A DNA stretch of 64,000 bases, taken from a virus. A model generated the notes under the pieces. It was not told the origin of the DNA. It ran no database searches and saw only the letters and a list, made by a program, of their open reading frames with translations. A program made the translations under genes and the position numbers. Below, one piece after another: positions 9,751 to 19,196 of this stretch (positions are counted from its first letter, which is position 1; every line of letters begins with the position of its first letter). Where the stretch lies: the IMG/VR virus record IMGVR_UViG_3300021962_000028, positions 94,623-158,622 of that record. The stretch is one strand, 5' to 3'.

Positions 9751-9802
9751 AATTATCTATAAATATTTTGTTTTTATGGAAAAAAATCAATACATTTGTC
9801 AT

Positions 9803-10309
9803 ATGAAAAATTTATTATTATTATTCGGGATTTTTGGTTTACTAATTTCTTGTGAGAAATACGAACAACCAACACTATTAAGTTTAAGTGGTGAGTATGT
9901 GATTGATAAAATTACATTTGAAAAAATAGATAACGCGGTAACTCCTGACGATACCATTTATCAACCTGGTACAATGTATATAAATCCTTTGGAAAGATTT
10001 CCTATGGATAGTATTAGTGTTGGGTTTACCAAATGGCATTTGGATTATTCAGTGATATCTATGAAACCAATACCGACAAATACGGGTCAATATATTTGGA
10101 CCAAACAATATTTCTATTCTGTAATTAACCATTATTCAAATTATGATTTAGGTTATTTAGATTTTAATTGTGAAGGTAGTAGACGAGTATTTAAAATTAT
10201 TGATGACCAAGCTGAGAGTATAACCTTAAGGTCCACAGGTCAGTGGGGTTATGCGGAAATAGGTCCTGATATTTCGGTTACATTACATTTAACCAGAATT
10301 GGTCCATAA
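9803..10309 (+). CDS. Putative lipoprotein
   Basis: MKNLLLLFGIFGLLISC lipobox; TACATTTG at 9791-9798. Confidence 0.7.
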   Translation: MKNLLLLFGIFGLLISCEKYEQPTLLSLSGEYVIDKITFEKIDNAVTPDDTIYQPGTMYINPLERFPMDSISVGFTKWHLDYSVISMKPIPTNTGQYIWTKQYFYSVINHYSNYDLGYLDFNCEGSRRVFKIIDDQAESITLRSTGQWGYAEIGPDISVTLHLTRIGP

Positions 10310-10339
10310 AAAAACCCTCAGAAATGAGGGTTTTTTATT

Positions 10340-10636
10340 TTAGTATAAGTCTTTAGTTGGTAGTCTTTCAGGGTATATCATATAGTATTCATTTAAGAAT
10401 GCCAATAATTCATCTTCATCAACACCATCGTCTAAGTTCTCAACATCATCTTCGTCATCTTCATCATAGAAGTCTAAATCTTCCATTATTAGATTATAAC
10501 CAAAATCATCAGATTCACTTAATTCTATTTCATCGACACGAATCTCGTCGTTATTGTCTTCATTAAGTCTAAACTTTACTTCAATAGTATCTATTGAATG
10601 ATTAACGTAGTATGATATAATTTCTACTATTTCCAT
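10340..10636 (-). CDS. Acidic hypothetical protein
   Basis: ORF track. Confidence 0.65.
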   Translation of the reverse strand: MEIVEIISYYVNHSIDTIEVKFRLNEDNNDEIRVDEIELSESDDFGYNLIMEDLDFYDEDDEDDVENLDDGVDEDELLAFLNEYYMIYPERLPTKDLY

Positions 10637-10687
10637 AAAATATTATTTATAACAATAAAATATCTCAAAAAAATTAAAAATCCACTT

Positions 10688-11143
10688 TTAATTATATTTT
10701 TTAAATCTTTTGAACATATCTAAAGATTCCTGTAATTTCTCTTTGAAGTTGTCTTCTACTGAATCGTCCTCTAAGTATTCCGAGTTCATTTCTTCTTCCA
10801 TTCCACCACATTCAGTACATTCTTCTTCCTCAACGTAGTCAAACTCATCAGAACCTCCAATACCTTTAACTTGACCGTGTCCACATTCACAAACCTCTTC
10901 GTATAATCCACACTCATCACAAACGTTCTTAGATTCTTTCATATACATTTTATTGTTGTATTTTGACACATTACCTAAATGGTCTATCTGTAACCCATCT
11001 TTGTCATTTGCAAAATCTTGGGTATATAATGGAGTCATATTAGATTGTTGGTTATTTGTTGCATAACCGTCATACACTGTTTTGTGTTTATCTAATATGT
11101 TCTCTTTTTCTTCTTTTGTTATTGCTAAAAATAATCCGCTCAT
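10688..11143 (-). CDS. Hypothetical protein with CxxC motifs and ITKEEK leader
   Basis: CDECG, CECG, CTECG; ATATTTATA upstream. Confidence 0.65.
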   Translation of the reverse strand: MSGLFLAITKEEKENILDKHKTVYDGYATNNQQSNMTPLYTQDFANDKDGLQIDHLGNVSKYNNKMYMKESKNVCDECGLYEEVCECGHGQVKGIGGSDEFDYVEEEECTECGGMEEEMNSEYLEDDSVEDNFKEKLQESLDMFKRFKKYN

Positions 11144-11280
11144 AATTTTTGTTTTTTTATATAAATATATTGACCTCTTGATTAATGTTTGTTATGTTTG
11201 ATATATAAGAATTGGGGAAGGGTTTTTGGTTTAATATCTTGGTAACTTATTTCTCTTTAATACTCTTCCCATTCTTTCTT

Positions 11281-11862
11281 TTAGTGGATTTTAATCCAAT
11301 AATTGAGCATTAGGGATGCGTACCTTTGAATATATCGATTAATTACGTTAATATCCATCTCTTTACCCTCTTTCTCAAGAACTTTCATAACACCTTTAAC
11401 CATTTCGTGTTGAGCTTTGTCTGCTAAGTCCAAAACTTCTTCAAATGATTCTTCATCACCAATATTCTTGTATTTAAATTCGTGTTCAATTCTTTCTTTA
11501 CCAAGATAAAGATACGGGGAAGCCCCGAACATATTAGTTATTCCTGACTCTCTTACCTTTTCCAAATATTGACCCAAAAATCTTGTATTAAAATTTTCAA
11601 CAATAGTTTTATTGTCAATAAACCATTTTGCTTTATCAAATGAATTTTCTTGAATAGGCTCTAATTTTCTCCAAGCGTCTGTTACAGATAATAAAGATAA
11701 TTGACTACCGTCCTCCCATCTAACACTATAAATCACTCCGTCCTTCTCAAAAGGGTCTCTACTTACTTTAATGACAGTACCTTTACTACCTGGCGACATC
11801 ATTTCACCTTCCATATGTAGTAACATTACTTTATCATCAACTTGTAACTCGGGATTTATCAT
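11281..11862 (-). CDS. Two-domain protein (DUF4314-like SH3 fold plus DUF5049-like)
   Basis: GSKGTVIKV...VRWEDGSQLSL and LEKVRESGITNMF, recognised by eye. Confidence 0.55.
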   Translation of the reverse strand: MINPELQVDDKVMLLHMEGEMMSPGSKGTVIKVSRDPFEKDGVIYSVRWEDGSQLSLLSVTDAWRKLEPIQENSFDKAKWFIDNKTIVENFNTRFLGQYLEKVRESGITNMFGASPYLYLGKERIEHEFKYKNIGDEESFEEVLDLADKAQHEMVKGVMKVLEKEGKEMDINVINRYIQRYASLMLNYWIKIH

Positions 11863-11905
11863 ATCTTTTTTTAATAATAAATATATTCATTATATTTATT
11901 GTTGT

Positions 11906-12526
11906 ATGAAAGTATTAATAACAGAGAATCAATATCGAACAATTCTATTAGAATCGTCTAAAAACTCATTAAATAATGTTTTAGAGGATTTAAAAGAGTT
12001 TGCAACAATGGTTATTGAAAAAACTCAACAGGATGTTGGAGTTAACTTAAAGATGTTATTAATATGGGGTGCTGGTGTAGGTGGAGTAATGGCTCCGTTA
12101 AATGAATTCATTCAGAATGGTGACTTCAATTTAAATGATTTTCAAATCGCATCTATATTATGTGCAACTACGGCAATTCTTTATGGTGAAAGTAAAAGTG
12201 TTATAAACGAATTACTTAAAGTTATAAAAGACGAGGGGATTGTAGATGAATTCAACAGAGTTTTATCGAAAGGTACTAAATTAAAGAAAGTATTTCTTAA
12301 TTTCATTCAAAGTCTTAATATGACTTTATCAAGTGTAACTAACATTATGAGTTACGCATTTATTATCCCTATTTTACCTATATTATGGGATATGTCTCAA
12401 ACAGGTGTTACTAAACCAGAGGTTAAAGAAATTGTGATTAGATTAATGTCATTTGGGTTAACCGCAATTTCAGGGAACACATTAAGAGAACTAGTGACAA
12501 AATTAGTCAACCGATTTAGGGACTAA
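11906..12526 (+). CDS. Hypothetical protein with MKVLITENQY leader and hydrophobic segments
   Basis: Start moved to the ATG after ATATTTATT. Confidence 0.7.
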   Translation: MKVLITENQYRTILLESSKNSLNNVLEDLKEFATMVIEKTQQDVGVNLKMLLIWGAGVGGVMAPLNEFIQNGDFNLNDFQIASILCATTAILYGESKSVINELLKVIKDEGIVDEFNRVLSKGTKLKKVFLNFIQSLNMTLSSVTNIMSYAFIIPILPILWDMSQTGVTKPEVKEIVIRLMSFGLTAISGNTLRELVTKLVNRFRD

Positions 12527-13303
12527 TTTTCTAAAGTACTCTTCAATTTCATTCTCATCCATATCACCACCAGAATATAAATGAACTTTTTTACCACATA
12601 TTCTTTCAGGTATCAAATATAATGACAGATAATTTTCTTCGGTTTCACCCATACTAAACGCATCTGAAAATACCTGACGATAGGCCTCACCTTCCATAAA
12701 ATATCTAAGTTCTTCTAACTCGGTGTCGGTACTTTCCATCAATAATGTATATAACGACTCAACTAAATCTTGACTTACTGAAGTAATAACAACTTTTTTA
12801 TCTGAGTCATATCGTTTTAGTATTATTTTATCAATATTAAAACCACAATTAACAGTCACCTGATAGGAATGATTTTCAATATCATATAACCCGTCATACT
12901 TAACAATGAACATAACACCAAAGTCCTGATATGAAATACCAAAATCAGGTATTTTCTTAAACATACTTTCTAACTTATTCTCAAGTTTTAAAGGTAGATA
13001 ATAGTCACTTCCTTTAATTGGGGTCCCATTAACATAAATCCTATCTAAATTTACTGTCATATTACCTGACGAATCAATAAATTTAATTTTTTCATTAATT
13101 ATGTTATAAGCAAAAAATTCTAACATATAATGATTCCATCCTCTACCTTCAGGTACGGTACAATTAACATCTATTGATAATGTATCTTTTTTATGACCAG
13201 TATTATGAAACTTAAAGATAATTCCATTATCTTCATAATCTTTATGTGTCAATAACCTCTCAAGTAACTTGTACTCATTATCAGGAATATAATTATTTTC
13301 CAT
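12503..13303 (-). CDS. Hypothetical protein
   Basis: ORF track; overlaps upstream gene. Confidence 0.65.
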   Translation of the reverse strand: MENNYIPDNEYKLLERLLTHKDYEDNGIIFKFHNTGHKKDTLSIDVNCTVPEGRGWNHYMLEFFAYNIINEKIKFIDSSGNMTVNLDRIYVNGTPIKGSDYYLPLKLENKLESMFKKIPDFGISYQDFGVMFIVKYDGLYDIENHSYQVTVNCGFNIDKIILKRYDSDKKVVITSVSQDLVESLYTLLMESTDTELEELRYFMEGEAYRQVFSDAFSMGETEENYLSLYLIPERICGKKVHLYSGGDMDENEIEEYFRKLVPKSVD

Positions 13304-14282
13304 CTCGATAGTACTGTAATATTCTTTGGATTACCTTTTCTTGATGTTTATCATCTAAGGTATGTTTAGACTTGTTATTATTAAACCATTCCCGAGCACT
13401 TTGCTCAAACGGTTGTTTTCTTAACTTAGATATCCTTTTAAGACCCGCAACCTGAGCGTCTAACTCGTGTGGTTGTACGTAGTATTTTTTAGGGTTATTT
13501 GTAGTTTTTTTAGGTTTTTCATCACCTCTCTCCGCCTGTATTAAATGTTGTAGTTCGTGTCTAACTGTCTCATTTAAACTACCAACCAAGTCGTACATTT
13601 TTTGGGGGAAGTCGTTTTCATTATAAACTATTTCAATTTCCATAGTATCCTCATCATCATAATACCCCCCATCAAGTTCATAACCATCTACATCATCCGA
13701 CTTAACAATAGTTAGCTCAAGATTAAAATTAGTTTTTAAATTTGGGAAAGAATATGTGATGTCTTCACTAATATCTTCAGGTAATACATAATCACCTTCG
13801 CCCTGGCTTTTAAACACCCTAACGATGTCCTCAACAACTTTTCTAACTACGTTTCTTTTTTCTGATTTAGTTTCTTTAATCATTTCAGGATTTGATTCAA
13901 ATGGGTTATATTGTTTACCAACATATTCAATAGATTCTACACTAGGGTCGTCTTTAATACTAAAATGTTGTAAAACTCTCCAAATATATTGTGTTAACTC
14001 TCTAGTAAAATGATAGGACCTGTCCCAACATTTATTTCTTGTATCACAGTTGTCAAGTAAATCTGATAATTGGTGTGGAGTAAATTCTGTAACATAAACT
14101 TTTACCCCTACGTGATTTCTTGGTTCTCCCATATGTAATAATTCCACATCATTAACCAATTCTATCTTAAATGAACATTTAATAATGAAGTCAGGGGCTC
14201 CACTAACAAATGGACCCTCATATTGAAAGACTTTGTCTTTTATTACTCTATTAACTATTTTATATAAATCTTCATTATTCAT
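13293..14282 (-). CDS. Protein with C-terminal HExxH zincin-like domain
   Basis: VRHELQH...YYVQPHELDA. Confidence 0.6.
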   Translation of the reverse strand: MNNEDLYKIVNRVIKDKVFQYEGPFVSGAPDFIIKCSFKIELVNDVELLHMGEPRNHVGVKVYVTEFTPHQLSDLLDNCDTRNKCWDRSYHFTRELTQYIWRVLQHFSIKDDPSVESIEYVGKQYNPFESNPEMIKETKSEKRNVVRKVVEDIVRVFKSQGEGDYVLPEDISEDITYSFPNLKTNFNLELTIVKSDDVDGYELDGGYYDDEDTMEIEIVYNENDFPQKMYDLVGSLNETVRHELQHLIQAERGDEKPKKTTNNPKKYYVQPHELDAQVAGLKRISKLRKQPFEQSAREWFNNNKSKHTLDDKHQEKVIQRILQYYRDGK

Positions 14283-14293
14283 ACTAATAAATA

Positions 14294-14752
14294 CTATCGA
14301 TAGTAGGTTCCGTACCTATAAGGAATAGAAATTCCAAAACCAATATACGGTATGTCACTAACACCAACAGTAACAGATACATCCCATATGTCCTTATTAC
14401 GGGTTAAAAGTTTTATTGGTTGTAGTTTAACCATAACATCAGGGTAAAAAACAGGGTCTGGACCAATAGTTAAATCTGTTTTAACTCCTGCACCTAAAAC
14501 CACTCCACACTTTAAAAGTCCATAGGTTATACCTATTCTGTTAAAATAAGCATAAGGTGTGCGATAGATATAAGGATTTGAAGTCGCACCTATCTTATAG
14601 TAAGCGCCAATATAAAACCCAAAGTTATCATCGTTGATATTTTCAAACGAACAGATTACACTTCTATCTTCAGGAATAACGGTTAAACCTGAATATTGTC
14701 CGTACGACGGAACACTAATTAAAATCAAAAGGAATAATATTATTTTTTTCAT
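14294..14752 (-). CDS. Exported protein, possible small outer-membrane beta-barrel
   Basis: Signal peptide ending SYG-Q; alternating hydrophobic strands. Confidence 0.55.
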   Translation of the reverse strand: MKKIILFLLILISVPSYGQYSGLTVIPEDRSVICSFENINDDNFGFYIGAYYKIGATSNPYIYRTPYAYFNRIGITYGLLKCGVVLGAGVKTDLTIGPDPVFYPDVMVKLQPIKLLTRNKDIWDVSVTVGVSDIPYIGFGISIPYRYGTYYR

Positions 14753-14808
14753 ACTACAAAAATACGATTTTATTTCTTATTTTACAAAAATATTTATAAC
14801 TTTGTACT

Positions 14809-15039
14809 ATGAATAAACAAAATAACATTAAACCAGAGAAACCTACTAAATTCGAGAGAGTTTATGAGGATGAAGATACGATTAGTATTTGGAAATATGA
14901 TTTGAAAAAAACAACAACAGGTCCTGTTGAGGTTGAGATTAAATATAAGAAGGGGTATGTTCATCCTAAACCTGAGAAGAAAAAAACTTTAAAGGATTTG
15001 GTTGATGAGGAGAAAAAGTCTAAGAAGAAAGGGTCTTAA
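14809..15039 (+). CDS. Small basic hypothetical protein
   Basis: ORF track; TAACTTTG immediately upstream. Confidence 0.65.
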   Translation: MNKQNNIKPEKPTKFERVYEDEDTISIWKYDLKKTTTGPVEVEIKYKKGYVHPKPEKKKTLKDLVDEEKKSKKKGS

Positions 15040-15607
15040 TTCTTTGTTCTATGGATTTTTTCATTATTAACAAATCCTGTAACTCTCTATTTTGAGATTC
15101 TGTTAAAACTTTTTTAGGCTTTCTTGACTCAACTAATGATGGTTTTCCAATATCATAAATTTCCCAATCACCTGATTCTGAGTCATATGTATCTTCATCT
15201 CTAAATTCACCATCATAGTAATCAAATCCGTGTGGGTCGTTATAAATGAACCCACTAACATAATCTTTAGAATAAGTATTAATACGATGTAAATATTTTT
15301 CTGTCGAAGATTTTCTAACGTCAACAGTTATGATAACAGGAAACACCATCATTTTAGGGATAGTAATGTCACCCTCACCATTAAAGTTATGGTTGTCCTG
15401 ATATAATTTCCAAAAAAACCCGTAGTCCTCCCAATTAATATCCATAATACCAAATTTCTTAAGCGAGGTATCAATTAACCCTAAAATAGTGTCATCATAA
15501 ACCTCATCATCAGTCCAACTAATATTTTCTTCAGTTGCTTGTTTATCGATTTCTTTGATAATCATTTTCAATATTGATACGGGTAATTCGTTTTCAAATC
15601 GTCTCAT
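15020..15607 (-). CDS. Hypothetical protein
   Basis: ORF track; GTATTTATT upstream. Confidence 0.65.
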   Translation of the reverse strand: MRRFENELPVSILKMIIKEIDKQATEENISWTDDEVYDDTILGLIDTSLKKFGIMDINWEDYGFFWKLYQDNHNFNGEGDITIPKMMVFPVIITVDVRKSSTEKYLHRINTYSKDYVSGFIYNDPHGFDYYDGEFRDEDTYDSESGDWEIYDIGKPSLVESRKPKKVLTESQNRELQDLLIMKKSIEQRIKTLSS

Positions 15608-15654
15608 ACAAATAAATACTTTGGAAATAAAAAAACCACCCGAAGGTGGTTCTT

Positions 15655-16353
15655 TTAATCATTACCCAAAAAAGTAACTTTGTTTGTGATTGGGTCCCAA
15701 TCAATATTCCAAGGAGTATGAGCGTAAAGATATCTTTCGTTCAATACTGATGCGTTGAAGTAATGAGTGTGTCCGTCAAAGTAGTGACCGTACCCAGTGT
15801 GGATATGACCACAAACGTGAATCTTTGGTTTGATAGTTTTAATTCTTTCAGCCAATAATTCACAACCTAAATGGTCTCCTCTGCGACCTTCAACATCATC
15901 CAAGAACCCCCAAGCTGGACCGTGAGTGATTAGGATGTCAGTATCCTCAGGAATCGCATTCCATTTTTCTAATAACTCAGAACCATTTTTAGGTAAATTG
16001 AACGCCCAATTATAAAATTCAGGTTGCCAAGGACTACCGTAAACTTTAACCATTTGTTTGTCATCACCAACTTTCAACCAATCATCTTGTAAATAATCAA
16101 CTGTTTTGTAAGAGTTTACAATTTGCATTGCTTTCTCAACGTTGTTTTGGAATCCCCAATCGTGATTACCCGCAATAAAGATTTTATGGTCGTAATTATC
16201 GATTTTATCAAACCATTTACAAAATTCGGTAATCTCGTGCTCATAACCCATAGAAGACATATCCCCTGCGTGGATTAACAAATCACCACCAGGTAAATCC
16301 TGAGTTATGTGTTTGTGTTTTGTGTGCGTATCTGATATAAATGTTATTTTCAT
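15655..16353 (-). CDS. Calcineurin-like metallophosphoesterase (MPPED-like)
   Basis: ISDTH, HAGD, AGNHD, LITHGP, CGHIH. Confidence 0.9.
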   Translation of the reverse strand: MKITFISDTHTKHKHITQDLPGGDLLIHAGDMSSMGYEHEITEFCKWFDKIDNYDHKIFIAGNHDWGFQNNVEKAMQIVNSYKTVDYLQDDWLKVGDDKQMVKVYGSPWQPEFYNWAFNLPKNGSELLEKWNAIPEDTDILITHGPAWGFLDDVEGRRGDHLGCELLAERIKTIKPKIHVCGHIHTGYGHYFDGHTHYFNASVLNERYLYAHTPWNIDWDPITNKVTFLGND

Positions 16354-16376
16354 AGTACAAATATAATAAAATTATT

Positions 16377-16976
16377 TTAATCCCACCAACCTTTTATTCC
16401 CGAACCATCAAATTGTTCGTACCAATCTTTATCTTTATCAAATTTTGAAGTGTCTTGACCTTTCAAAATTGTAAAAAGTTCATCCCATTCCTGATTCTCA
16501 ATTTCACGAGCCCTGTCAAATACTTTACGATTGTGAATTTTTTCTTCTTCAGTATCTTTATCGATTAAACGACTATAACCTGGTTTATCCTCAATAGGTT
16601 CAAACTCCCAATCGTGATGTACTATTTCACCAAGTTCTTTTTCCGCCATCTCAATGTAGTTATCCTGATTGTAATTTTTAATTAACTCAATCGCTCTACG
16701 CATCGCGGCAACTTTCTTTAAACGAGATTCATCAATTTCATTTCCGTGTTTCTCAACAGTGTCAGAAATGTTAGTTAGACCAATCTCAAGGAATTTTAAA
16801 GTTCCGTGATGGTCAAACCAATAATGACTCCATAACGCTTTTCTAAATGTCCAAACATTCTTGAAAAATCTTGGTAAGTCATATCTGAATAACTCGTATG
16901 TTTTATACCACCAAGTTTGGTGTCGTATTAATGTCTTAAGACTATCCCCAAAACTATCTGCAAATCCTACCTTCAT
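16377..16976 (-). CDS. Hypothetical phage protein ending WWD
   Basis: ORF track; TATCTTTG upstream. Confidence 0.7.
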   Translation of the reverse strand: MKVGFADSFGDSLKTLIRHQTWWYKTYELFRYDLPRFFKNVWTFRKALWSHYWFDHHGTLKFLEIGLTNISDTVEKHGNEIDESRLKKVAAMRRAIELIKNYNQDNYIEMAEKELGEIVHHDWEFEPIEDKPGYSRLIDKDTEEEKIHNRKVFDRAREIENQEWDELFTILKGQDTSKFDKDKDWYEQFDGSGIKGWWD

Positions 16977-17125
16977 AACTTTAATTTTTTACAAAGATAG
17001 TAAATTTAAACCAAATACCAAATAAAAAAGACCTAAGATTTCTCTCAGGTCTTTCGATACAGGATATATATAGACACCCAAAGAAGGGCGGATGTTTTAA
17101 TAAATATAACAAATTTTTAAAAAAA

Positions 17126-17560
17126 TCAATCTTCAGAGTCTTCTAAACCCAATTTTTTTGATATTTGGGGTAATAATTCTTCATTAAACTCAATACCGTG
17201 TCTTTCTTTGAAGTGTTTCAATAATAATTCAATAGGTTTTTCATATCCGTGATGTTGTAAAATAACGTACGCACCTAAATCCGCTTCAAGTTCTTCTCTC
17301 TCGTCTCTTGGGCCTGAATGGTCTAAAAGTATGTGAGAAACTTCGTGAGCTTCAATGAATTTTAAAACTCCCTCATTACCCTCGTCCATTAATACCTCAC
17401 CATCAATAATGACCAAATTTTTATTTGGTACCATAAACCCGTAACCATATTCGTTAAAATATTCTTTCACTTGAGGGTATAATGGGTCGTCATTGAATAC
17501 CACAACGATAGTTACGTCTGGTAAAAACTCGCTTTTATATTCTAATTGTGTTTGTTCCAT
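17126..17560 (-). CDS. HExxH metallopeptidase-like protein
   Basis: EAHEVSH...EELEAD. Confidence 0.6.
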   Translation of the reverse strand: MEQTQLEYKSEFLPDVTIVVVFNDDPLYPQVKEYFNEYGYGFMVPNKNLVIIDGEVLMDEGNEGVLKFIEAHEVSHILLDHSGPRDEREELEADLGAYVILQHHGYEKPIELLLKHFKERHGIEFNEELLPQISKKLGLEDSED

Positions 17561-17580
17561 AATTTAAAAAATGGGGTGGT

Positions 17581-17808
17581 TTAGTTCCACCCCAAGGTAT
17601 TTCTTTTGTGCGCTAAGATAATCTGAAACTTTTCATCATATTCGTATGTTAGTTTATCCATTTGACTATCCTTTGATTTCAATAAATTTGACCATTTATA
17701 TTTAAATTGTTTATAACACTTTTCAGTGGTGTCTAACTGACCTTGTTTTGTACAAGACTCTAATACGTTGATTATCCAATCATAATCTTTTTTGAAATTT
17801 TCAATCAT
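17581..17808 (-). CDS. Hypothetical protein
   Basis: ORF track; start moved to ATG 17808. Confidence 0.6.
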   Translation of the reverse strand: MIENFKKDYDWIINVLESCTKQGQLDTTEKCYKQFKYKWSNLLKSKDSQMDKLTYEYDEKFQIILAHKRNTLGWN

Positions 17809-17870
17809 ATATGTGTTATTATTAATTATACAAAACAAAGATACGTATTTTTTTTTAAATCAACTAAATT

Positions 17871-18692
17871 TTATACTAAAAGTGAATAATATTCTTTAAA
17901 ATGTTTTAATCTGTCGGCTAAACCGATTGTTCCACCATTAACTCTTTTTGTCACCGCAGTAACTGTTGCATCATCAGCACCTTTATCACATATCGCCCAT
18001 AACTTGTTAGAATCAAAGAAAAAAGCCGCAGATGCTAAAGGATATTTTGTCGCAACTAAATCAGGATTTGATACCGTATCTTCACCAATAAATTTTGCGA
18101 AGTTAGTATAGTTTGATTTACCTGTTAATTGAATGTATCCTCTACCACGGAATTTATAACCTTCTTTAGACGCTTCATCACCATTACCCATTCTACTACC
18201 GTAAACACGAGATGCAATTTTTTCAGGTTGTCTTGCATAAGACTCTGCTAAGTTACCTGGAAAATATTTGCCAAAGATTTTTTTAAGACCATCAGCAGAA
18301 TAATTAACGTTTTCACTAACCGCTTTGAACCCTCCACTCTCGTGACCACATTGTGCTAAGAAATGTGCTAATCTTAATGGTGTGGTAATATTGAATTTAG
18401 CTGCGGTTTCAGGAATCTGAGCAATAACCGCATCAGGAATATGACCTTTTAATTTTTCTAATTTTAATGGACCTCCTGTTGGGATTACAACATCTTCTTT
18501 AATTACCTCACCCGCAAACATTTTACTCCAAGTGCCATCACCAACGATACCATCGGCGGTTAATCCATTGGCCGCCTGCCATTGTTTAACTTTTGTTTCA
18601 GTACCAGGACCAAAATCTCCATCGGCAGTTAGACCTAATTTTGATTGTAATTTTTTTACGTCTTCACCTTTAGAACCTTTTTTTAATAACAT
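17871..18692 (-). CDS. Endolysin: peptidoglycan-binding domain plus glycoside hydrolase family 19
   Basis: LKKGSKGEDVKKLQ...DGIVG; AHFLAQCGHESG, FRGRGYIQLTG, TKRVNGG. Confidence 0.9.
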   Translation of the reverse strand: MLLKKGSKGEDVKKLQSKLGLTADGDFGPGTETKVKQWQAANGLTADGIVGDGTWSKMFAGEVIKEDVVIPTGGPLKLEKLKGHIPDAVIAQIPETAAKFNITTPLRLAHFLAQCGHESGGFKAVSENVNYSADGLKKIFGKYFPGNLAESYARQPEKIASRVYGSRMGNGDEASKEGYKFRGRGYIQLTGKSNYTNFAKFIGEDTVSNPDLVATKYPLASAAFFFDSNKLWAICDKGADDATVTAVTKRVNGGTIGLADRLKHFKEYYSLLV

Positions 18693-18751
18693 TGTTTTAA
18701 TATTTTATAATAGTTTATTTACTATAAATATTTAAAAAACAACATTATATC

Positions 18752-19153
18752 CTATATTACACCTTTTCTCTTTAAATACGCTCTACATTTTGGGTACTGT
18801 GATTTCTCAAACTTCCTCGCGTCAATTTCTAAAGGATGGTTTTCATAATCATACTCCTCACACAATTTAGAATATTGTGACATATTATTTATTTTAGGCA
18901 TTTGTAGAAAATGTCTATATTCGTGAATAACTGTTCGGATAATTAACGTCTCAGTTTCACATACTAACGGGAAAACAGTTATAACTCTATTATAATATAA
19001 ACCGTAATTATATTTGTTGGATTTATTGAATGAGACCTTTAAAGAGGGTTCCAATGTTTTAAGTGGGTTACCAAACTTGCTAAGACACCATATGAAAGTT
19101 TCTTTAGCGATTTCTTTACATTGTTGTTTAGTTAAAAATTTTCCCGTTTTCAT
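18752..19153 (-). CDS. HExxH metallopeptidase-like protein
   Basis: TVIHEYRH...HPLEIDA. Confidence 0.6.
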   Translation of the reverse strand: MKTGKFLTKQQCKEIAKETFIWCLSKFGNPLKTLEPSLKVSFNKSNKYNYGLYYNRVITVFPLVCETETLIIRTVIHEYRHFLQMPKINNMSQYSKLCEEYDYENHPLEIDARKFEKSQYPKCRAYLKRKGVI

Positions 19154-19196
19154 AACACAAAGATACGAAAAATGGTTTAAATTAACAAAAAAACTT

